Source: Candidatus Hermodarchaeota archaeon (lineage in GTDB: Archaea; Asgardarchaeota; Lokiarchaeia; Sigyniarchaeales; SOKP01). Taken from it: a stretch of 15,377 nt of DNA. Location of the stretch: NCBI GenBank assembly GCA_048885925.1, contig JBHLLG010000063.1, forward strand, positions 1 to 15,377, written 5' to 3'. Under the pieces are notes generated by a model, which worked only from the letters and a program-made list of their open reading frames with translations, was not told the origin of the DNA and ran no database searches. The position numbers and the translations under genes were made by a program. This document shows positions 8,525 to 15,377 of this stretch, in pieces; position 1 is the first letter of the stretch; each line of letters starts with the position of its first letter.

Positions 8525-8902
8525 TCAATCTTTTTCAATTATTATTTTTTTAATTCCAATCCATTCTTTTGCATCATCAAAATTAGTAACAAGTTTTCTC
8601 TTTGGAGAATCCGCTCTTTCTAATAAGATTTGGGCTTCTTTATCTAAAACTGGATTATTTTCTACAATATAAGAAGATCTCACTAATCTCTCATTATTCT
8701 TTTTAAGGAAATCTAATATAATTTCAAAAGATTTTAGATTAAGTAATATAAAATCTAAACCATCAACTATAACAGAAAACTTTTCTAACTTTTTTATCCT
8801 TTCATTAAAATCATTGATAAATTGGTCAGCAACAGAAGGAGGAAAAGTTCCAATTACTTTTATATAGAAATGGGTCGCTCCAATTTTTTCAATTTGATAC
8901 AT
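8525..8902 (-). CDS. STAS/SEC14 (SpoIIAA-like) domain protein
   Basis: 125 aa with pattern FYIKVIG...FSVIVDG...RSSYIV...NFDDAKEWI. The terminal 'A-x-x-W-h' helix is typical of the family. Confidence 0.65.
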   Translation of the reverse strand: MYQIEKIGATHFYIKVIGTFPPSVADQFINDFNERIKKLEKFSVIVDGLDFILLNLKSFEIILDFLKKNNERLVRSSYIVENNPVLDKEAQILLERADSPKRKLVTNFDDAKEWIGIKKIIIEKD

Positions 8903-9120
8903 AATTTAAAAATTGAAATTTAATATTGTTATTATTTATATTTATCAAATTGCTTATTTTTTTTATTGTGTTATAATAAGTTAATTTATCAGCAATTAAT
9001 ACTTAAAATTAAAAGTCACAAAGTTTAATTTAAAAATAATTCTAACATGATATCTTTTCATTATTGCGACGTTTCAATAAGTCGAGAATTAAATCCCTAA
9101 TTTCTAACTGAATTAAAGAT

Positions 9121-9312
9121 CTAAATGGAAGAATTTTCTATTTCCATTTCCTCAATTAAATTATGTTTTTTCCAATCTTTTTTAGTAATGTTCCTAAGTG
9201 TATTTTCACGACCACATGCTTCACAATAAGGAATATTTTCATATTGAAAATGTCCACATATATCACAAATATATGGGTATGACAATTTAAATAATTTCCA
9301 ATCTATTTTAAT
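9121..9312 (-). CDS. Small zinc-ribbon protein (63 aa), probable non-canonical ATT start
   Basis: (M)KIDWKLFKLSYPYICDICGHFQYENIPYCEACGRENTLRNITKKDWKKHNLIEEMEIENSSI*, with two CxxCG motifs. SD GGAGGTGA at 9326-9319. Alternative TTG start 9 codons downstream. Confidence 0.8.
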   Translation of the reverse strand: MKIDWKLFKLSYPYICDICGHFQYENIPYCEACGRENTLRNITKKDWKKHNLIEEMEIENSSI

Positions 9313-9494
9313 ACAATTTCACCTCCAATTGATAATATCTCAACATTTAGAAGAAATTTCATTCTAATAAACTAAACTATTAAGTTTTATAAGGAAGTAG
9401 CTAATTTTAATTACACAAAAGAAAGATTTAGACAATTTAACTTACAATAAAAAGGATTTTAAGAATAATTTTAGAATTTTGGTTTTTAAATAGA

Positions 9495-9516
9495 TCGTGA
9501 AATCGGGCTTTCACGA
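9495..9516. promoter_or_regulatory. Perfect inverted repeat TCGTGAAA-N6-TTTCACGA (candidate operator or hairpin)
   Basis: 8-bp perfect arms and a relatively GC-rich patch within an AT-rich divergent intergenic region. Confidence 0.4.
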
Positions 9517-9704
9517 AGATTTTTATATTTTAATAATGAATAATACAAAATTGATTATAAAATGAGTTAGATATAAATTTCTGATTTTATTAAAACTAGT
9601 TTAGATTAAACATAAAATCATAATTTTTCAGTTAAGAATCATCTCATTTAATAATTATTCTTTTAGTTAAATTAAAATTTCTATTTAGAGTAGGTAATAT
9701 CGAA

Positions 9705-11603
9705 ATGGAAAACATAAATGAAGAAGAATTGGAAAAGGAACGCTTAGAGAAAGAACGTTTAGAGAAAGAAAAGATAGAAAAGGAAAGAATTGAGAAACAA
9801 AAAATAGAGAATAAATTATTTCCTAATAATTCACTTTTTATGATCCCTAGTTGGAGTGATTTATTAGGTTATCCTACATTAGGAATATATGTCCATCATC
9901 CAGTATTAAAAATAGTCTCTGATACTGTTATATTTTTTAGTAGTTATGACTATTCAATTGAAACAACAGAAGGAACACTTTATTACCTCTTTGGCTTGGG
10001 GTATTATTTCCTAAAATTTGAATTAGAAGCTGGTAAATATATTACTGATAATAGAATATTAACAGGACTAGTGTTACCAGACTTTGTTTATGATCACATG
10101 GCCACATCAGTAAATATAACTTTAGAAGAAGATCGGGATGTAATCATAGCAGAAAAAGTGATTAAAGTTCCTATTGATTTGTCTAATAAATCAGAGAATC
10201 ATTTAACTTTCATAAAGGGTGCATTAATGAGAAATATTTTCATACCTAATAAAGATATATTTCTGGAGATGATGGAAAGAATCCGTAAACAGAATTCTTA
10301 TCAAATTGATAAAGATGGTCATATGCTTTTGAGTACAAATTGGAATTTTTATAATCAAATTTTAGTTTCTGAAAAAGTGAGAGAAAATCTCGATACTTCT
10401 TACTTGGATTCGACTGCAGGATTAGATGGTATTATTTTTGGAGCAGATCAACTTTTACAGGAAACAATTTCTCATGAAAATCTCAGTATTATAGAAGGAA
10501 GTATCTATTCTTTGAAAAATGTTTATTCTAATCTTGAGTTTGATCCGATGTATCTATTCTCTATAATAGAAAAGGCATCAAGAGAATTAACTTCTTATAT
10601 ACACCAAATTTCTTCGGAGCAAAAAGATTCAATTAAAAAAATAACGTCTAAAGAGTCAATATTTGCCTCAGCAGAAGATCGCTTATATGCATTTGTCAGT
10701 TGGCCAATACAATTCAAAAGAAAAGCAAGAAAAGAACCGCCAACTTTGCCTAGAGGAGTAGAACAACCTATATATTTACAAAAAGGTAAAATTCAAAGTA
10801 TAGATATTGGAACCGTGAAATCACCAGATTATATACAAGAAGAATTCGAATTAGATACATTAAAATCTGAGAAGGTTGAATTCAAACCATTGCCCGATCC
10901 CCCTGCTGCTGATATTAAACAAATTCTATTATATTTAAAAAAAGTTATCGGAGAAAACTATGAAATGCAATCTGTAGGAAAAGCTTTTGAAATTAGTAGA
11001 GAATCTATAAGACAACTTGGTGTTAGTGCAACCACAACACAACAGAATAAAATCTGGGAAATGAGTAAATATTCTAATATTTATTTGAAAAAAGAACGTG
11101 GTTTTGGATTACCTATTAAAGAAAAGCAAGAATTAATACAAAAAATCGATTCATGGCTTTTTGAAATTGAGGAAGAAGAGAGAAAAGAAAGAGAAAGATT
11201 AGAAAAAATTCAATTGGAAAAAGAAAGACGAGAAAGAGAAGAAAGGGAGAGGAAAGAAAGAGAAAGACGAGAAAGGGAGAGACAGGAAAGAGAGCGCATA
11301 GAAATTGAACGAAAAGAAAGAGAAAGTCTAAAGCAAGAGCAAGCAGAAAAAGAGCGATTAATGAAAATAGAGAGAGAAAGACAAGAGCAAATCAGGTTAG
11401 AAAGGGAACGTTTAGAGAAAGAAAGAAAAGAACAAGAGGCTATCGAAAGAGAAAAACTAGAACTAAAAAAGTTGAAACAAGAAAGAAAACAAAAAGAAAA
11501 AGAAGCAAAACAGGAGGCGAAAAAGCAAAAAAAGCTCGAAAAACAAAAGAAAAAATTACAGAAAAAGAAACAAAAAGAACAAGAAAAATTAAAAATTCTC
11601 TAA
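9705..11603 (+). CDS. Hypothetical protein: uncharacterised globular core flanked by E/R/K-rich helical regions
   Basis: 632-aa ORF with SD-like AGGTAA upstream. N-terminal (EKERL/I)n and about 145 C-terminal residues made almost entirely of E, R, K, Q and L. Confidence 0.85.
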   Translation: MENINEEELEKERLEKERLEKEKIEKERIEKQKIENKLFPNNSLFMIPSWSDLLGYPTLGIYVHHPVLKIVSDTVIFFSSYDYSIETTEGTLYYLFGLGYYFLKFELEAGKYITDNRILTGLVLPDFVYDHMATSVNITLEEDRDVIIAEKVIKVPIDLSNKSENHLTFIKGALMRNIFIPNKDIFLEMMERIRKQNSYQIDKDGHMLLSTNWNFYNQILVSEKVRENLDTSYLDSTAGLDGIIFGADQLLQETISHENLSIIEGSIYSLKNVYSNLEFDPMYLFSIIEKASRELTSYIHQISSEQKDSIKKITSKESIFASAEDRLYAFVSWPIQFKRKARKEPPTLPRGVEQPIYLQKGKIQSIDIGTVKSPDYIQEEFELDTLKSEKVEFKPLPDPPAADIKQILLYLKKVIGENYEMQSVGKAFEISRESIRQLGVSATTTQQNKIWEMSKYSNIYLKKERGFGLPIKEKQELIQKIDSWLFEIEEEERKERERLEKIQLEKERREREERERKERERRERERQERERIEIERKERESLKQEQAEKERLMKIERERQEQIRLERERLEKERKEQEAIEREKLELKKLKQERKQKEKEAKQEAKKQKKLEKQKKKLQKKKQKEQEKLKIL

Positions 11604-11727
11604 TCCAAACTTAAAAATATTGATTACGTAATTAGAGTCTATTATTAATCTAAAAGCATTTTAATATCATTTTTAATTAATTAATTCGAAGTTTATGATG
11701 CTCTTATAATCGGGAGATATTAAAGTA

Positions 11728-11860
11728 TGGGGACTGGGGGAGTATCAAAAAACTTAGAAGATAAGCTTTTATTTGAACCCCCGACCGACAGGTGTCCACG
11801 GAATAGCTTTTGCTTAAAGGATCTGGAGCCTGCTGTGCTACCGGGCTACACCAAGTCCCC
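11728..11860 (-). tRNA. trnW: tRNA-Trp(CCA) with two introns (29 nt in the anticodon loop, 30 nt in the T-loop at 59/60)
   Basis: Acceptor GGGGACT/AGTCCCC plus discriminator A. D-arm GTGT-AGCCCGGTA-GCAC. Anticodon stem GCAGG/CCTGT with CCA at 11826-11824. T-arm GGGGG-TTCAAA|T-CCCCC. Removing 11794-11822 and 11742-11771 leaves a canonical 74-nt cloverleaf. The CCA end is not encoded. Confidence 0.95.
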
Positions 11861-11892
11861 TTAGAGAAGTTAATTTATTAAAGATTGTATGA

Positions 11893-11910
11893 AATAAATA
11901 TCTTTTTCTT
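11893..11910 (-). promoter_or_regulatory. Putative BRE/TATA promoter of tRNA-Trp
   Basis: Minus strand AAGAAAAAGA-TATTTATT, ending 32 nt upstream of the mature tRNA 5' end. Confidence 0.5.
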
Positions 11911-12021
11911 ATTATGGATTGTTAGATTGAATAATTGATAATAATTAATAGTAAAATTGTAAATTTAAAATTTTAATTTCAAATTATTTTTATTTATAGA
12001 GATTTAATAAAAATTTCCAAT

Positions 12022-12198
12022 GTCAGTGGCGATGCTGATTTCGTTGATGCGGTGAAAAAGGTAAAAGAATTAGGCAAGCAATTTACGGTCTGGAGCTTTA
12101 AAGTGTCATTAGCACAGGCGTTAATAGATGAAGCAGGGGAAGAAAATGTCCAGTATATCGATACCATCTTAGAATATATTGCATTACCTGACAATTAG
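12022..12198 (+). pseudogene. C-terminal remnant of an NYN (LabA/DUF88, PIN-like) domain gene
   Basis: VSGDADFVDAVKKVKELGKQFTVWSFKVSLAQALIDEAGEENVQYIDTILEYIALPDN* carries the NYN SGDxDF...GK-x-h-x-h motif. There is an in-frame stop at 11974-11976 and no ATG/GTG/TTG between that stop and the motif. Confidence 0.78.
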
Positions 12199-12286
12199 GG
12201 TTATGGAATTTACACTCCCAAAAGGCAATCATCTAATCTAAAAATTAAAAGAAAGAGAAATTAGCAAGAAAATTTACTTCCTAAAA

Positions 12287-14128
12287 TTATTTTTGGATTT
12301 TTAATTTTTTATGAAGGAAAATGAACAATATACAGATTATTCCCAGTATAATAAAAATATTATAGCTTGGAATAGGAATCTCCTGCTCAGAAATCCATTG
12401 GCATGGGTAGAAGTATAACCAATTCAAAAAGTTTTGCTGAAAACCAGTTAAATTAATATGATAGGCATAATATAATTCATTAGCATAACTCCAGCATAAT
12501 GGCATATCCTCCACTAAAAGTTCTTGGATTCTGTCATACATTGCTTCTCTTACAGGTCCATCGAGTGTAATGAGTGCTTGTTCCATTAAAAGCTGAACAT
12601 TATTCCATAGATCAAGTGGATCTCTACCAGCTTCTATTGCCTCTGTATACCCGTTATATTGAGCTGCATTAAAGGCTATCGATCTATTGGTGAATAAAGG
12701 CATAATAAAATTGGCTGGATCGTTAAAATCAGGTCCCCTATCGATAAATAATAGTTCTATCTCATTTCTGTGATGTCCTTCTAACTCGTAGATTTTTTGG
12801 AGTACAATACTCCAATTGCTACCAGCATCCGTTACTCTAATTCCAATTTTTGCTAGATTGTCAATTAACATTCTAAATACGGCTTCTCGAACCTCATTAC
12901 CAATATTATAGGAGTAGTTAATAGATCTAAATGGAGTACTATTGACTGCAGTTGCGATCCATTGATCATCTACTTCTGTATCAAAACCTACTCCAAATCC
13001 CATTGATTGCATTATCAATCTAGCTTTCGTGTAGTTGGTCGTAGGAACAGGGAATGATCCATTATAGTACTTAATACCTACTCCAACAGGCGATTTCATT
13101 CGCACAGCATTACCAAATCTGATTTCATTAATCAGATAATCATAATCAAATGCATAAGAAATTGCATCTCTCCACGTCCTATTTATCACTCCATTATTCA
13201 TCACAAGGTATTGAATACCTCCATTAACTGTATTAGCCAAAGTTATGCTAGGATCAGCCATATATACATGTATGCTTTCGTCCATTGGATTTTTTAAAAA
13301 ATGGATACTACCTGCTAGTAATGCGTCATACCCTCTACGAGGAAAGATAAGTCGTTTAAAAAATAACTCCTCAATCTGAGCTTTTCCTCGCCAATAATCA
13401 TCAAAAGCATGCAAGATTACTTCTACATCTTCCTCGTAGGAATCGAATACAAAAGGACCAGTTCCGATAATATCACCATCACGTTCAACAATACCGCTAC
13501 CGATATCATAATACGTGTCAGTCAATATTGAGGAAGCTGGATAGCATAATAAGTCTATAAAGGGTCCATAGACACCATTCAGTTCAAACTTAATGGTATC
13601 AGCATCAATTTTGATAACATCATCGATGACAGGAGTACCATTTGGGAATACATATAGCTCATAAACATCGGGTACGTCTCCCGTATTAAGCCCCGTGAAA
13701 TTGTATAACCATGCTTGTCGTTCAAAAGTAAAAACAACATCATCCGCATCAAATATAGAACCATCATGGAATGTGATGCCCCTTCGGAGATCGATTGTAT
13801 ATTGGGTGTGGCTTGGATCCCACGTACCGAAATCTGTGGCAAGTAGTGGTATAATAGGTAGAGTTGGATCGCTATAATTATAAGTAAATAATGTTTCCAT
13901 AACCTGAATAATTATATCTAATGAATAAGAATCCCAACAATCTTGAGGATCAATCGTAAATGGTAAGTACATTGCTCCACAAATAAATGGAGTATTTGCA
14001 GGATTGGCACTTCTTATTGAATCTATATCTATTGCATTTTTGAGATTTCTCCCAAAATTAATGACACCCAGAGACAAGGAAGATACTATTAATAGGATAT
14101 AAAAACCTATCTTTGAAATTTTTTTCAA
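12287..14128 (-). CDS. ABC transporter solute-binding protein, family 5 (DppA/OppA/NikA-like), with C-terminal Loki-CTERM-like anchor
   Basis: TIDPQ, IIPLLA, LRRGITFHDGSIFDADDVVFTF, IGTGPF, WRDAISYAFD, YDRIQELLVEDMP. N-terminal signal helix. C-terminal IPSY + hydrophobic helix + basic tail. TTG start with AGGTAA upstream. Confidence 0.93.
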   Translation of the reverse strand: MKKISKIGFYILLIVSSLSLGVINFGRNLKNAIDIDSIRSANPANTPFICGAMYLPFTIDPQDCWDSYSLDIIIQVMETLFTYNYSDPTLPIIPLLATDFGTWDPSHTQYTIDLRRGITFHDGSIFDADDVVFTFERQAWLYNFTGLNTGDVPDVYELYVFPNGTPVIDDVIKIDADTIKFELNGVYGPFIDLLCYPASSILTDTYYDIGSGIVERDGDIIGTGPFVFDSYEEDVEVILHAFDDYWRGKAQIEELFFKRLIFPRRGYDALLAGSIHFLKNPMDESIHVYMADPSITLANTVNGGIQYLVMNNGVINRTWRDAISYAFDYDYLINEIRFGNAVRMKSPVGVGIKYYNGSFPVPTTNYTKARLIMQSMGFGVGFDTEVDDQWIATAVNSTPFRSINYSYNIGNEVREAVFRMLIDNLAKIGIRVTDAGSNWSIVLQKIYELEGHHRNEIELLFIDRGPDFNDPANFIMPLFTNRSIAFNAAQYNGYTEAIEAGRDPLDLWNNVQLLMEQALITLDGPVREAMYDRIQELLVEDMPLCWSYANELYYAYHINLTGFQQNFLNWLYFYPCQWISEQEIPIPSYNIFIILGIICILFIFLHKKLKIQK

Positions 14129-14173
14129 AAATTTTACCTGAATTTAAAGATAATATTATTTTAGACAAAAAAA

Positions 14174-14190
14174 TATATAAACATTTCTCT
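14174..14190 (-). promoter_or_regulatory. Putative BRE/TATA promoter of the solute-binding protein gene
   Basis: Minus strand AGAGAAATG-TTTATATA, about 45 nt upstream of the start. Confidence 0.55.
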
Positions 14191-14274
14191 CAAAATCTCT
14201 TATTCCAAGATGTTATATAATTCTTTTTCTTGAATGGGATTAATTCTAATATTATAATTATGAATTGAAAATTT

Positions 14275-14334
14275 CTAATCCCCTTTTCTTAGCTGGTTTC
14301 GATATTCAATTATACTCTCATGAAATGATACCAT
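14275..14334 (-). pseudogene. Possible 5' gene remnant (19 aa)
   Basis: MVSFHESIIEYRNQLRKGD*. From memory this resembles the N-terminus (M-x-S-F-H-E...EY-R-x-QL-x-KG) of a conserved hypothetical family I recall as DUF7000. Very short and unverified. Confidence 0.35.
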
Positions 14335-14637
14335 GTATACAAATTGTGTTCAATATATTTTATTTAATTGCATTAAATTATTTATACAATTTCAACCAGA
14401 TGTTAAGACTTATTGAATTTTCATGGAAATCAATTGATAATTATACAATTTTGTAATATTAACATAGCAAACATTTAAACATAAAACTTATCATGTTATT
14501 AGTAATTTAAAAAAAAAATAATGTGAAAAAGGTTGAGAGAGGGATTATTCTCTTTAAATAGAGTTCATTTCACTATAGAATATTCTTTCAACTAATTTTC
14601 ATATTTTCAGAAATTTAATCGAAATGAGGCAAATTTT

Positions 14638-15377
14638 ATGGCACCAACAGATTATTCAGCCCTTAAGGATGAGATTTTAGATCTTATTGCTAACAAAAAG
14701 CACGGAAATGTTGTGAAGAAGCTGTTAGGGGGATTTAAAAAGCTTGTACCCGATGAATATGATGCGATGGGTGAGATTTTCAAGGCTATTATAGAAGCAG
14801 ATCTAGAGCAATTCAATGATAAAATATATAAAGGATTTATGTTCATGGCTTCAGCGAGATATGGACCAAAACTGGTTGATTTTGAAAAGCATTTCATTAA
14901 GAAATTTTGTATACTTCCAAATGAGGAATTTAAGGTAATTACAGAGGGATGGCTCCAAGACGGCAATTCAGAAATCACAGGGATGCTTTATATATCGAAT
15001 TTTAGGATTATTGCTTCGGGAAAGAAGGAAATTAAACAAGCGAGATTAAGTGGAATGGGTTTGGAATTTATTAGACTGGGATCGTATGCCATCCACAAGT
15101 CAGTATCAGATTCCATTGCTAAATCCGTGGCAGCTGATATGGAGGCATCTAATATCTTGAATTATGGCCACATTTATCCATTTAAGAACAATTATGATAT
15201 AGAAGAAAAGAAGATTAAAAAAGGTGTTATCAAGTATAAAGTAGACGTTCCTTTCACTGATAAAAAAGGGAAAGAAAAAGTTACTGACATGAATATTACT
15301 GTGATTGTTAAGAAGGGACCTAAAATGGATAAATATATAGCTAAAGTAGCAGAAATACTCAAAAAAAATTCAAAAAA
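14638..15377 (+). CDS. Hypothetical protein with PH/GRAM-like domain, 3' end beyond the window
   Basis: Open from ATG 14638 to the edge (246 codons, MAPTDYSALKDEILDL...). Contains LPNEEFKVITEGWLQDGNSEITGMLYISNFRIIASG. GAGG upstream of the ATG. Missing from the ORF track because it has no stop in the window. Confidence 0.85.
   Translation, partial: MAPTDYSALKDEILDLIANKKHGNVVKKLLGGFKKLVPDEYDAMGEIFKAIIEADLEQFNDKIYKGFMFMASARYGPKLVDFEKHFIKKFCILPNEEFKVITEGWLQDGNSEITGMLYISNFRIIASGKKEIKQARLSGMGLEFIRLGSYAIHKSVSDSIAKSVAADMEASNILNYGHIYPFKNNYDIEEKKIKKGVIKYKVDVPFTDKKGKEKVTDMNITVIVKKGPKMDKYIAKVAEILKKNSK

Noticed and set aside
9061-9084. Interleaved inverted repeats (TTATTG/CAATAA, CGAC/GTCG) downstream of the zinc-ribbon gene as pseudoknot or SECIS
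   Set aside because: Stems are short, the connecting loops would be zero-length, and the ORF has no internal TGA to recode.
11166-11600. Purine-rich repetitive DNA as CRISPR array or satellite
   Set aside because: No fixed repeat-spacer structure. Fully explained by E/R/K codons.
11728-11745. Integrated element at the tRNA 3' end
   Set aside because: I saw no duplicate of the tRNA 3' sequence and no integrase in the window.
11994-12194. 66-aa minus-strand ORF
   Set aside because: The opposite strand carries the clear NYN motif, so this is a shadow.
13579-13877. ORFs 13579-13842 (-) and 13695-13877 (+)
   Set aside because: Both overlap the solute-binding protein gene and have no independent support.
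14265-14456. 63-aa + strand ORF
   Set aside because: AT-rich, TTG start without SD, no motif. Probably spurious.
14652-14978. 108-aa minus-strand ORF
   Set aside because: Antisense to the longer open frame starting at 14638.

Overview
AT-rich archaeal window, most likely Asgard (Lokiarchaeia/Promethearchaeota). The assignment is inferred from a roadblock-small GTPase fusion, a Loki-CTERM-like membrane anchor, BRE/TATA promoters and an intron-containing tRNA. Left to right: a partial hypothetical CDS; a nucleoside 2-deoxyribosyltransferase (NDT)-like gene head-to-head with an orphan beta-class amino-methyltransferase; a 1562-aa single-pass surface protein (DUF2341, LamG, 8 Ig-like repeats, TM, cytoplasmic domain with possible PD-(D/E)xK-like fold); a roadblock + Rab-like GTPase + pseudo-GTPase fusion; a STAS/SEC14 (SpoIIAA)-like gene with a decayed tandem copy; a small zinc-ribbon gene missed by the ORF track that seems to start at ATT; a protein with a long ER/K helix; tRNA-Trp(CCA) split by two introns (anticodon loop and T-loop 59/60); an NYN-domain remnant; an orphan family-5 solute-binding protein; and a partial PH/GRAM-like CDS. 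A short hairpin-like motif recurs upstream of two genes. All domain calls are from motif recognition by eye; no searches were run.
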